Positions 1 through 13,093 of a stretch of DNA of 64,000 nt are shown one piece after another. Under the pieces are notes generated by a model. The model searched no databases, was not told the DNA's origin, and worked only from the letters and a program-made list of their open reading frames with translations. The stretch's first letter is position 1. Every line of letters starts with the position of its first letter. Origin of the DNA: Nymphaea colorata (lineage: Eukaryota); contig NC_045138.2 in the NCBI RefSeq assembly GCF_008831285.2, positions 5,146,001-5,210,000 on the forward strand, read 5' to 3'. A program made the translations under genes and the position numbers.

Positions 1-150
1 GATTTTCATTTGGGCATATTGGGAGTTTTTATATCAAGAACCATTTTGTCTTTGATTTTTCCATTGCAAAGGTCTGCTTATATTTTCATTAGCTGGCTTT
101 TGTGACTATGGCTTATCTATGTGACGGTTCTCCACTTAAACAGTTTGCAG

Positions 151-3100
151 GATGAGATGTTTCAGAAGTTCAATTTTGACACAGAGTGGGCTGTTAGAAT
201 AATTTCAAAGATTAATAATGATGAAAATATTCCAATTGAAGGTGCTCCAATTCTAAAACAGGTGATCTAGTTGTTTGCAATCCCAGTGTTTGTTTAACAC
301 TTTTAACTTAATTTTTTCTTTAATGACTGATTTTTCTTTTTTACTTATGTTATTATAGCTTTTGGCTCTACAAATAAATGCAGAAAAGTACTTTTTCGGG
401 ATAAGAAAGAGTCTAGTTGAGTTCGATGAAGTATTAGAGGTACTTTTTCAAAATTATATGTTATTGCACTCTTTGTTAGGTTTATTTGATATCTCAACTG
501 ATGCATACTAAGTAGTCCTTTTTCTGAACAAGAATCTTATGTATGATCCACAAGATATACAGTATCATAAGTATTGCTCCAGCCTTTTTTATTAAGAGTA
601 GATGCTAAAGTGAGTACACAAGAGAATTTTGATGACAAGTGCAATTTGATTTTATGATTTATGTCATGGTATTGTGTTGGAACAAGTGTACTCATATAAG
701 AGCAATTAGACATTTTTTTCCTAAAAAATACAAAATATAAGTTTTATAGAAACATTTCAGCCAAATATCAGTTGAAATTTTGTAAGGAATGAAACTTCTC
801 TTATGTTTTATGATGTCATCTCAGTTGATACATATGTTAATTCCATTATTGGTCATTACTGAAAACTTTTTGGGCCATTTTAACAAGGTGTCTGGTAATT
901 TTTTTTGTTCTGGCCTTACTATCTAATTCCTAAATGTTGCTTTATGTCTTTCGGAACTTCTCATCTTTGTTGAAAATTCAGACAAAATACTTTTGATGTT
1001 TGAGTGCATCTATGTGCTTTATTAGAATCTTTTTATTTTCTTTGTTTGATCCATGGATGCATCACTATTTCACAATATCAACATTCAGCCTGAGCTCTAA
1101 TGCTGCTTCGTTTACAGGTTCAGCGAAAGCACATCTATGATTTGAGGCAGTCAGTGCTAATGGGCGATTCGGAGAACTGTTGCCAACGAATATATCAGTA
1201 AGTCTTCAATAGTGTACCTTTGTGTGGGGCGTGAATAAATCAAGGAATCCTATAAGGGAGACCCTCAGAGAGATCAGATATCAATGTGTACAAACAAGCC
1301 TCATCTTAGGAAGATAATCAACACCAAGAACTCAATAATAATAAGAGGATTGTGTTCAAACCCGTAAAGCACAAAGAAAAAATTGATGTTAAAAGAGGGG
1401 AGTCATGTGTGTATACAACCATGGAAAGTGCCCACCCACTCCTAAAGGCATAAGCATGATTATACTAATGCTCTTTAGGCTCCATTGATATTACAAAAGG
1501 TAGAAAATAAAAGAACACAAAAGGAAAAATAGATTGAGGGGGTTTTGACCCATTTCTTCCATTATTTTCAACAACACAGTAAGACCTGGGATAAAATATG
1601 CATGCTTACATTCGTTTTTCTTTGAGGATTATGCCTTTGCATGAAATTGTTTCGGCTACTACAGTTGTTGAAGTCTTCTAAATATACCAACTTCCTAAAT
1701 ACAAAATCATATCTAAATGTGGTTACTTTAATATTGTGCAGGTACATGCAAGAGGTTGTAGACGAAATTGTCATTGGGAATGTTGATTCAACTAAGGTTG
1801 GAGAAGTGATTTATTGAATCCACTAATTTGAATATATATGTGCTTCTTCTGTTGATTCAAATTTTTGTTTTCTCTTTAGCCACCAAGAAGCTGGAATTTG
1901 GGAAAAATTTTGGATGAATTTCTTGGAATTGCAGGGAAGATAATATCAGGTACTTTTTGTTATGTGTTCTTGCCTAGTTGATAATCCATATATTTTTATC
2001 TCTGTAGTTCTTTCTCTGCCAGTTCACCTGTTTCATTTGCTAGGAAAAGTGCCTTTTCTACGTGAATGGAATGTGATTATATTCTGCAAACTGAAAACAT
2101 GAAGCATACAAGTACAATATTGTGTAACAGATTGTCATCAATCTGTTCTTTAGTTGGTAAAAACATGTGCTGCAGTTTGAAGCTTGACAAATTAAGTTAA
2201 TCATGCAAGTCGGGATGAACCAGACGGATCCTTACTTGGTTTTCTTATTTCACACTGCTTGCCTCGTAGATTATCCTTGTCTGGTGCATGCCTTTTTTGC
2301 CTCTTGTAACGTGTGGTTTCATTGCATTTCCAACTAGTTGTGTGCTAACCAAAATCTTTGCAGAAAAATTTGCTGGTGTTACTAAGGAGTCTCTTCAATC
2401 TTCAATTGAACAAGTCCAAAATGCAAATACCCTGGAGATTGATGCCATTTCACTTCCCAATTTGCCAAAACTACCAAATGTATTCAAAGGAATACGTGGA
2501 AAGGCTGCCTCTTTGAAACGTTGGCTTGTCATTTCTTCTGATGGATCCACTTCGTGAGTGTCAGTCTCACATATCTTCTTTTTCATTTTTCATTCTTGGT
2601 TCTCATGATTGTTCTTGATACTTGTTTGCGGCATTACACAGAAGTGGAAGATACCAATTCAGTGTCAATCTCCTTCGCAAGTACCTAGGAGACTTTTTAA
2701 TTTCTTCTTATGCTGAAATGGTTCAAGATTCTGGATACGACTATGGATATATCCAAGAAGTTGAGGTACTTTGGATTTTTCTTCTTCGTGAATGGCATTT
2801 TTTACATTTCTCATTTAAATTCATCAAAGAAATTCCAGCCCTTGTACTTTTGCTGTTATTCATAGACAATTGTCAACCTAGAGTTTTATAATTTCCATAG
2901 GAATTAATGAGCTCCTCAAGGAGACCATCTAGCTTGTGAATCGGTTTCTTCTAAAATAAGAATGCCAATGTCTTCCTTTTTTAACTTAGAAAGGTAGATG
3001 GACTAGAGAACTGGTACACTTGTGCTGCTTTGAGGGAGCATGGTTACAGAATTAACGAATGAAACTAATATAGAACTAGTATCCAAAAAAGAGAGCAGAG

Positions 3101-4307
3101 GCTAAGTGCATGCTGATGGAAATGTTAAAAAAAGAAAGGCCTTGACGTGAAGATACTAATTGATAGTAGTGGATAGAAAAGTTTCATGATGGCCTTTTTC
3201 TTTAATTACCATATGAAAATTGTTCAATGTGAAGTTTGTAGCTAAATACATGTATTTTACCAGATTATCTAATTTTGTTGGATCACACTAAGTCATGTGG
3301 CTAGGAAGGCTCTGCATTTTCACCCTTTTTGCCTCTCTTGTTCTGTGATTCCTGTGCAGACATGGCTTATGGTGGTGCTCAAACTGAGAAATAGAAAACG
3401 AGGATATGGAAATACTTACCCCTTAGATGAACTTGTGTTATTTGATTATTGGCATGGATGATTGAATCAAAAGTTTTAATAGTGCTATAAGTTTATTTAC
3501 TTTTCATCTCTAATTGATACCGTAGGTGAACAATCCGCAAGGAGCTTCATGCTACACCTTTTTCTTCACTATAATTATATTTTTGCTGTAATATGTTGAG
3601 CACACTTAATGTCTTTGTGTGTTGTTTATTGTACTAGACGCAAACAGGCTTTGCTGCATCCTGTGAAATTGTCGCATGGGCTGGGTAATGGTGAATCCTA
3701 TTTTGATAGGAACATGAGCTGAAGCTTGTGCAAACTTCAAATTTCTTTGGAAATGTCAATCACTTGGACTTTTGCAGTCTATGACATGCTCTGTTATTTG
3801 TAAAATCAAGTAACGTCCAGCCATGTCATATTTGGTACTACCATATGTGCATGTATTCATAGTGTCAACAACCATCGTATGCCATTTTCTAACCACGCTC
3901 TAGAAAGTGCTGAATTACAACACATTACCTACGTTCTTGCTTACGCATTTGGAGAATGACCTCGTGTTTTTTGTCTCCTTTTGCAGAGAGCAATATTCGT
4001 GAAAACGCTCGACTGTTTCTGGAGGGACCATTTGGTAAACATGAACCGGCTTAGTTCATCGGTAACTCTTCTTTTCTTCTTCTTGCATGATGATGGTGGT
4101 GATAAAACAAAGGCAAACTGACGTGCTTTGGATGTTTCGTAGGTTAATGTAAGAAGTTTTGGACACAGGAACCCACTAGAAGAATACAAAATTGATGGTT
4201 GTCGTTTTTTCATCGGTATGCTTAGTGCAACACGACGTTTGACAGTAGAATCACTCCTGAAGTTTTGGTCATCACCAACGGAATCTGAAGAATTACTTCT
4301 ACAATAA
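151..4307 (+). CDS. SECA2: Chloroplast protein translocase subunit SECA2, 3' portion (5' exons lie upstream of the window). Exons 151-261, 359-439, 1118-1197, 1742-1796, 1880-1949, 2364-2553, 2642-2765, 3987-4061, 4143-4307 (TAA)
   Basis: GT-AG exons splice in frame to DEMFQKFNFDTEWAVRIISK...LLALQINAEKYFFGIRKSLVEFDEVLEVQRKHIYDLRQ...KTLDCFWRDHLVNMNRLSSSVNVRSFGHRNPLEEYKIDGCRFF...ESEELLLQ*, which matches the SecA wing/scaffold C-terminus of plant SECA2. Confidence 0.93.
1221..1572 (-). mobile_element. Possible solo LTR in a SECA2 intron
   Basis: A-rich block that contrasts with the T-rich intron; starts TGTG and ends TTCAACA. No TSD found. Confidence 0.3.
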
Positions 4308-4889
4308 AACCTAGTAGTTTTAGTTCCTTGTACAGTATCAATATGTTGTCAATCATATTTTTATTTATGCTGTAAACTTTGGCCAACACGCGAACAAAGT
4401 AAAAGATTGATCCTGACTCCAAGATTCTTTCAAGTAGAGTTATCTGGAGTTGTCATGGATTCAACCTTGTTCTTTTTTGGTGATTCAGGTAATTATACAC
4501 GCCTTTGTTACAAATCTTAACTGCGTCAATACAATTTATGTAATTTTACGAGGAGAATACTTAACATTGCTTCATTATGATGCATATATAAAATTTTATG
4601 ATTGTTTTCAAGGTCAACAGCTTAAAATTTTCATATACGATTCTAGTCTGGAAACGTATATATTTCCATTGAAAAGGCAATCTTAGAATGGTTACACATC
4701 TTATATGTTATGGGCGAAGAGAGGAGAGCGTCTTTCCCTGGGACCCCGCCCCTTTCCATCTTCTCCCAAAACATGAAAATCGCTCTTTTTGTAGTGTCAT
4801 GAGAATTATTTAAACATATTGTGGCATTTATGGAACTATTTTCATCTCTTTATCACACATTTGGTTAGGCATATTTGGACACGCTATAT

Positions 4890-5260
4890 TGATAAAAAAA
4901 AGGTAATAAAAAAAAGGTAGCTGCAGATCACGATGGAAGTTCTCTTCAATCAAGCAATCAACTGAAGATCAAAATGGAGGATCACTTTCTAAAATCAAAC
5001 AGTGGAATGAAGATGACGATGGAAGATCTCCTCCTAAAATCAAGCAATTGGCTGAGCATAAAGAGTTACCAATTAAGATTCATGATTATTGGATCTCTTG
5101 TATAACTTCATCTATAAATATCAATAAAGAACTCTCCTAGAGGTATAGAGAGAGAGAGAGAGAAAGGGAGAGGGGTTTTACCTTGTCGTGGATGTAGGCT
5201 GAGTTTAGCCGAGCCATGTTAATTGTTTGAGTTTTTCTTTCTTTCCCTTCATTATTTTCA
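4890..5260 (+). repeat. 5' LTR of the Copia element
   Basis: TG...CA, direct repeat of 10083-10482, TATAAATA inside, followed by the PBS. Confidence 0.93.
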
Positions 5261-8200
5261 TGGTATCATAACCATTAGGGCAACTGTGAAGAACTGTCCT
5301 GTGGTTGTTCTTGGTCAATCATCAACATCACTTGGTTTCACGATTCTGTCTGTTTCCTTCCGACTATTGGCTTTCTAAGGCGTAATCGATCGAGGAAGGA
5401 TCTCTGCTGCACGATCGAGTGTCCCTGTTTTGAAGGATGAGTCATAGGCGCTTGTGAGCTTCTCCCTCAACGCATTTTCTCTAGAAGCATCCGTTGGTGT
5501 TAGAAATTGGGGTGTCCAATCCTCCTGAGTTGCGCTACCTACAAACCAATTTTGAACACAATCAGAGCTTTCCCTGATTTTATAAATTTTGGCGAGTTCG
5601 AACTACTCTGTCAGGCCCGGACTTGTGAAGTGCCCCTGTTTTGTAGCAGAAAAACATAAGCAACAAGGATCTTCATCTGGGGTGCGTTTCTTCCCTGGAA
5701 CGAATTTGGAGCTGCAATTTTGGGCGTCCCTTCCTCCTTATTTGTACCAGGTGCTGTTTTCATTGACATCTGAGCTTTGGGTGAATTTTTAATATTCTAC
5801 AAGTAGACTCTTCTAAGCAGCTTCTAATTATTTCTGAGACGCCCATGTTGTGAGTATCATGGCCGTTACAAATTCAACTGCTTCTGGCTCAACCGTAGCT
5901 TTTGCCCTTAATCCAGAAACTCAATGGAATGCTTTTTCCAGCCTAGTCTCTGTCGGATTGGACAAAAATAATTATTTGCTATGGTGCTCACAAATTACCA
6001 GTGTGATGAAAAGTCAAGGCTTATTGAGGTACGTTAATGGCTCTCTCAATGCTCCATCTGAATACCTTGATGTTGATCAAACTAAGCCAAATCCAGAATA
6101 TGATACATGGGAATGTGCAGACTAGTTAGCCTTGAGTTGGATTATGGCAACTGTGTTTGAACCCATTTTACCTTAGCTGATTTCTCAAGCTTGGTGTGCT
6201 CTTGAACAACAATATGCCTCTCAGTTTAACTTAAGGATCATTCAGTTGAAACATGATTTACAAAATGTGAAAATGGAGACATGCTCATGACTGATTACTT
6301 GAATCATGTTAAGTTTCTGCATGACTCTTTAGCTGCTGCCAATCATGTGATTTCTGATTTAGATATAGTCCTTTGTACGTTTAATGGCTTATCAAGTGAA
6401 TATGAAGCGTTTATCACTGCAGTTACCACCTTCAAGCAATTACCAAGTTTTTTGAAAATTTTTGATATGCTGGTCACTCAAGAAAATCGTCTTCGCATTC
6501 TTACACCATCATCATACAATAACAATGACTTATTCGTGGTCACTTTTGTTGCCCAACGTGGGCGAGGCTGAGGTAATTTCAACTATGCAGGCCGAAGTAA
6601 CTTCAACTATGCAAGAGGAAAAGGTAATGGTCGCAATAGTGGCTACAGCCGCAACAGTAACAATTATGGCAATGGTGGGCGTGCAAACAATTATACCAAG
6701 CAATGGTGGGCATGGAAACAATATCAACTTCAAATCTGCTTAAGGAATCACATGCCAATATTGTGGTAGCAAAAATCATACGGCTTGTCAGTGTTACGAT
6801 ATACCAAAGGCGTTCATGGCTATGACACTTAATGTTAGAGCAAATACATGTCAACCCAATACTGATGCATCTCCCTCCAATACTATTGATAGTCAAGAGT
6901 GGTATCCTGATACATGAGCCACCCATCACATGACCAACACCAATTAGTCTATGCAAGATACTATTCCTTACTTTGGATCTGATTTTGTTGTAGGCGGTGG
7001 AGAAAGACTTGCTATTAAAAGTATTGGTAATTTGTTACTATCATCCCACAACACTTCCTTTAATTTAAATAATGTTCTGCATGTGCCGACATTACAAAAG
7101 AACTTATTTTCTGTGGCAAAGTTTACTAAGGACAACTCTTGCAAAATGGTATTCACACCTCATGATTTTACTGTTAAGAATATGCAGACGAGGAGACTAA
7201 TGCACAAAGGTCTTCTTAAAGGAGGATTATACTCGTGGTCAAGTGTTCTTGAAAACACTGCAGCCACTGGGGCAAGAAATAAAGCGCAACATGAAGGTTG
7301 CAAAAGCTATTTTTCTTTTTCAAAGGGAGTTGTTGACACTTCTGTAGGGTACTCTAATCAGTTATTTGATTTATGGCATACACGCTTGGGTCATGCAAAT
7401 GTTCATTTGATGAATAAAATGATTGCGTTAAGATTAATTCCTGCTGATTCTATGCATAAATATAAAGTGTGTTCTGTTTGTGCCTTAGCCAAGATGCATC
7501 AACTCCATTTCTCTAAAACATATTTCAAGGCCTCAACTCCTTTAGAAATGCTTCATACATACCTGTGGGGACATGCTCCGTGCACATCTAGGGAATGCTA
7601 CAATTATTATTTTGTGATAGTAGATGATTACTCATGTTTTACATGGATTTTCTCTTTAGTAAAAAAATTTGAAACTTTTGCTTGTTTTCAGAATTTTCAC
7701 AAGATTGTTGAGCGACAACTTGCACATAAAGTGAAAATCTTTCATAGTGATTCTGGTGGAGAATTCTTGAGTTACGCATTTTCTGATTATCTTAATACTC
7801 AAGGCATTAGACGATGACTTTCATGTTCGCACACACCACAACAAAATGGCATTGCAGAGAGAAAACATCGACATATTGTAGAAATGAGATTGAGTATGCT
7901 CATTCAGGCAAGTATGCCCACACGTTTTTAGATTGATGCATTCAAAATGGCAGTTTACATTATCAATAAGTTACATATAATTGATATGCAAAGATGACTC
8001 CATATGAAAAGTTACTTGGTGATAAACTTCACTTGAGCATCTTAAGGTTTTTGGATGCACTATGTACCCTGAGCCAAAATCTTATGCCTGCATTTTCCTT
8101 GGACACGCTAAATGTCATAAAGGTTACATTTGTTACATAGTCCCTTAGACAAACGTGTCATCATATCTAGACATGTCTTATTTGATGAAAGTACATTTCT

Positions 8201-10082
8201 TTACTCAGACATTTCACCACCTACCATAGCCAAAGAGATTGTCCAATGGCTTGTATCCAGCCAACCTGATCCACCAATAGTCAAGTCTCCAATCTCTTTG
8301 CCAAACCCTTATTCCAAAATTATTGAACCATGCAACCAAAATCCTAGCAATCAAGATACTGAGTCTACACCCACTAGCATTGAAACCAGTATTGACCACA
8401 ATGAATCTCTTCATCAACCTGACCTTCAACTACCTTCGTCCCACTCCAACAATATCAGGAGTCACCCTATGACCATTAGATCTCAAGATGGAATGCGAAA
8501 ACCCAAATGCTTCGCTTACCTCAGTGAAACCAAAACCCTTATCGAAGACTGAACCCATAAACTTACAAACAGCTCAAAAAGATTCTAGGTGGGTTGATGC
8601 CATGTCTAGTGAAATCTATGCCCTTCACAAAAACAAAACTTGAGAATTGGAACCTTGTCAACCTCATTATGATGTTGTGGGCTACCGGTGGATATATAAA
8701 GTCAAAAGATATGCAGATGGCTCAGTAGCATGATTCAAGACATGTCTTGTAGCCAAAGGGTACAGTCAAAGAGAAGATATTGATTATTCATAAACGTTCA
8801 ACCATGTCATTGAACTCTCTCTTTATTCGTTTGGTTCTATCTATTGCTATTAGTCATGGATGGATTATTCACCAACTGGATGTGAACAATGCCTTTTTGC
8901 ATAATACACTAAAGGCAGGAGTATATATGAGTCAACCGCCAAGATTTGTAGACAACGATCGGCCTGATTATGTGTGCAAGTTGAAGAAGTCTTTATATGG
9001 GCTTAAGCAAGCTCCTCAAGCATGGTTTGAAAGTTTGAACACTTTTCTTCTATCTAAAGGATTTGCAGGATCCAGATCTGATCCGTCTCTGTTTGTATCT
9101 ACTTCATTATCATGCATTGTGTATATTCTCATATATGTTGATGATATTATTTTGATAGGAACTTTCCTCTTGAGATACGAAACATTATTCATGAGATGAG
9201 CAACAAATTTTCCATAAGGATTTGGGAAAGTTCCATTACTTTCTTGGGATAGAAGTTGAGTATAAGGGATCTGACCTTTATCTTTCACAAAAAAAAAAAA
9301 ACATAAATGACATCCTTGTTAGAGCTCAAATAGGAGAAGCCAAAGCCGTCGTCACACATATATCTTTCAAACTTTGAAGGAGAAAAACTCAAGGACGAAA
9401 CTATGTATAGAAGCATCGTGGGCACCCTTCAATATGTGACCCTCACTCGTCCAGATATAGCATTTTCAGTCAACAAGGCATGTCAGTTTCTTCATGAACC
9501 CACTGATCTTCACTAGACTCACGTCAAACGAGTTCTTCGCTATCTTCAAGGAACTTGAGCATATGGTCTCCATATAAAAGCATCCCCACATTGGAAACTT
9601 GAAGCATATTCAGATGCTGATTGGGCTGGTTGTCCTGATGACAGAAAATCCACCAATGGTTTCATCACTATGTTGGGAAGAAACATAATTTCTTGGGGAT
9701 CAAACAAACAACATACAGTTGCTTGTTCAAGTATAGGGGTAGAATATAAAGTCATGGCTGGAGCTACTGCAGAACTTACTTGGTTAAGGCACCTTCTCAA
9801 CGACTTACAAGTCCCTCTACATGAAGTCTCCATATTAAAGTGTGATAATCTGGGAGCCACCTATCTTGCAGCCAATCCGGTTTTTCATGCGCAGACAAAA
9901 CATATTGAAATAGATTTTCACTTTGTTAGAGAAAAAGTCACTAAAAGAGAAATTCAAGTTGAATTTGTCAAATCTGAACATCAGCCAACAGCTATTTTAA
10001 CTAAGCCTTTATCAGGGCCACAGTTTCATTCTCTCAAAGACAAACTCAATCTTGTTGACACCAGTATTGGTTTAAGGGGGTA

Positions 10083-10482
10083 TGATAAAATAAAGGTAGC
10101 TGCAGATCACGATGGAAGCTCTCCTCTTAAAATCAAACAATCAACTGAAGATCAAGATGGAAAATCACTTCCTAAAATCAAGCAGTGGGATGAAGATGAT
10201 GACGGATGATCTCCTAAAATCAAGCAGTGGGATGAAGATGACGATGGAAGATCTTCTCCTAAAATCAAGCAATCGGCTGAGCATAAAGAGTTACCTTGTT
10301 TATCCCAATCAAGATCCATGATTATTTGATCTCTTGTGTAACTTTATCTATAAATATCAATAAAGAACTCTCTCAAAGGCATCGAGAGAGGAGAGAGAGG
10401 TTTTACCTTGTCGTGGATAGGCTGAGTTTAGCCGAACCACGTTAATTGTTTGAGTTTTTCATTCTTCCCTTCATTATTTTCA
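10083..10482 (+). repeat. 3' LTR of the Copia element
   Basis: TG...CA, preceded by the PPT and followed by the TSD TATAT. Confidence 0.93.
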
Positions 10483-10650
10483 TATATAAACTACTATTGA
10501 GAGAAAACAAGAACAAAAAGTGTGAGTTGATGACAAAAATGTCAATAATTTTTTTTTCGTTTTTTTCTCCCAACTTTAATCTAGTAAAGGTTAAAGATTG
10601 AAATTGTCTTTTGTTATTTGCGGAGCATATAAGTATGTAGTACTTACCAG

Positions 10651-10655
10651 TCTCT

Positions 10656-10687
<32 letters not shown>

Positions 10688-10690
10688 ATG

Positions 10691-10722
<32 letters not shown>
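10651..10722. repeat. Compound (CT)n(TA)n microsatellite
   Basis: Directly visible; similar tracts at 11103-11135, 11392-11442, 38440-38498, 41532-41572 and 54950-54988. Confidence 0.9.
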
Positions 10723-10726
<4 letters not shown>

Positions 10727-11100
10727 AGATGAAAGTTGGTAAATACCATGCCACTTACGTGAAAGACACCTATATCCATTAAATTTGATTATCAGAATAC
10801 TTTTTTGCAATTTGATCTTATAGATATGTTCTTAAGAGTGATTTGATGAGAAAATATATATTGAGTTAGTCATTTTACTTTAATAATATTTTTTAAATAA
10901 TAAAATGTGCAGCTCTTGTAACATCAAAATTTTGATAGTAAAAGCTCAATTTCTTTTAAAAATAACTTGAATTAAACATGATTTATATAAAACTAATTTT
11001 TACAAACTCATTAGGAGGTTCACATATTTGTTCAAAACAATTTCCAACACAAATTTAGGAGGCCTAGTTTTTATCCTTTAGCCAAGCGGTTTGGTATTTA

Positions 11101-11137
<37 letters not shown>

Positions 11138-11155
11138 TTCATTTTTTCTGATTAT

Positions 11156-11388
11156 ACACATCAATAAACTCCTGAAAATAATCAACTTAACAAATGTTTT
11201 CCATCAACCCATTCTTAAAATCATATTATAAGGTTAAATTGCAAGAAGAACACTTTAGTTATCGTATTTAAGCCATTTGGTTTTGTCGCTGACCTGGGAT
11301 CTAACAATTTATATTTATATACACACCATTAAACTCCACAAAAATAATGAACTTAACAAATGTTTTCCATCAATCCATTCTTAAGATC

Positions 11389-11396
<8 letters not shown>
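11156..11396 (+). repeat. Imperfect ~73-bp direct repeat pair (about 11156-11229 and 11321-11396)
   Basis: AACTTAACAAATGTTTTCCATCAAyCCATTCTTAArATCATATTATA occurs twice. Confidence 0.8.
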
Positions 11397-11446
<50 letters not shown>

Positions 11447-13093
11447 TTTCTGCAAAAATAACCAAACGTGGTTGTCATGTCCAACTCCATAGTCTAGGTC
11501 ATGTTTTATACTTAAAAGACACTGGTTTTTTATTTGAAGATTCATATGACATCCTTTTTCACGTTTGGAGACATAATTTTTGTATTGGTTCCTAAGTTTC
11601 TGAACCTGGAGATCATATGAATGCATTTATCTTTAAATAACACAACTTGGAAATGTGAATTTCAAACAGGATGTTTTTAGAAACATAAGGGAGGAATAAG
11701 AATAATTACATTGTCGTCCATATATTTCCTGGAAAAAGATGGTTCAGTACACTAATTTCAAACTAGCTTAGATCCATATCTTTTGCACTCATATTTTAAC
11801 AACATAGATTACTATATAAGTATACTTATGACTATAATATATGTAATTATCATAGATATCTTTATAACAAAGTAAAAATGTCATTCAAATACATCGATCT
11901 ATGACAGGTCACAACTTACCCTCTATTTTTGTGCCTTTAGTAGGCTTATAATTTCCGGGAATTGCAATGGTTTTTCTTTTTTTTTTTAGTGTTAAAAAAG
12001 CAAGTAAAAAACGAATTTGCCCCTCCTAAAAACTAGGTTAACGCTATTCTTTAACAATTGAGGCCAGAGCACTCTCTTGCATAGGAGGCTGACTTTTGTG
12101 GCATACGACTATGGACCTTTGTGGGATTATGGTTTTTTAAAATTGTAAATTGTTAACTAGATTTGAAAAATGGCCTATTACGGGCCGATACGAGCTTAGG
12201 CATGTCAGTCAGGGCAGCGTACCGTTTAAGTTTCTGGTATACGTTGGAAACCCAAATGCATTGCCCTTTTTAATAGGACTGCTAAGCGCTACGCATAGAT
12301 GGTGCAGAAAAACTATAAATAATTTACATAACGACAAATAATAGGCATTATTCTGCAAATATGATCCAAAAGCCATGGACCATTAGGAGAAAAATCCAAG
12401 CAGATTGTCTTTCATTTGCACAAGGGCTTCAATCATCTGACGGGAAAGCAGCTGTTTTTGCATGAAAAGATGGTTTTCTTTTTCCCAGCGTGTGCCAAAT
12501 AAACAAGTCATGGAAAAATATGAGACCGTTGGCAGTGTCTTGTAGGCTATCATTTCATAGGAGAACACTTCCCATGTTGAGATTTCTGGATTTTGCCAAA
12601 TGAAGCATTCCTGTGGTAAATCAGTCAGGCTCAAGGTGATGGAACTCTCTTGGTCGTGTGCTGAACTTTAGGAGTTAAACTGTAGGGTAACAAGTGATTG
12701 AATTGAACAAACCATGGGGCCCAACAATGTATTTCTTACTTTTCAGTTTATGACCATATTCAATCCTAGAAATGGAGTATGCAGAACTTGGAAGTTTGAC
12801 TTGCTGAGGGTCATAATGCCACAAAGCCGACCTTTTATCTGCCATCATATATTGAAATTTGAAAATTTTAAGGATGAGACATAATAATTCAATCTGCAAC
12901 CTCGATACTGAAATTTGAAGAATTTGAGGATAACATATTAATTCCATAAGGATCACAAAAATAGGACAGGATTCAGATGATTCAACCAATAGAAGAATTT
13001 TAATATGCATTTGTGCTATTTGTTTTCCTGATACAATGGAGCAATTCCTTCAGACAAAGAGATTTTTTACAACTTTGCAGAGTGCAATGCTTC

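Larger units (their letters stand above)
4890..10482 (+). mobile_element. Full-length decayed Ty1/Copia LTR retrotransposon (Ale/RE1-like)
   Basis: TG..CA LTRs at 4890-5260 and 10083-10482; 5-bp TSD TATAT (4885-4889 and 10483-10487); PBS TGGTATCATAACC at 5261; PPT TTAAGGGGG before 10083. Gag (LDKNNYLLW, CQYCGSKNHTACQC knuckle), protease (WYPDT*ATHHMT), integrase (WHTRLGH, SDSGGEF), RT (QLDVNNAFL, LYGLKQAP, YVDDII) and RNase H (YSDADWAG, TKHIEIDFHFVRE) in Copia order, with many stops and frameshifts. Confidence 0.96.

Noticed and set aside
10112..10321. Repetitive ORF (LLKSSSGMKM) as a small peptide gene
   Set aside because: It is the translation of U3 tandem repeats in the Copia 3' LTR.
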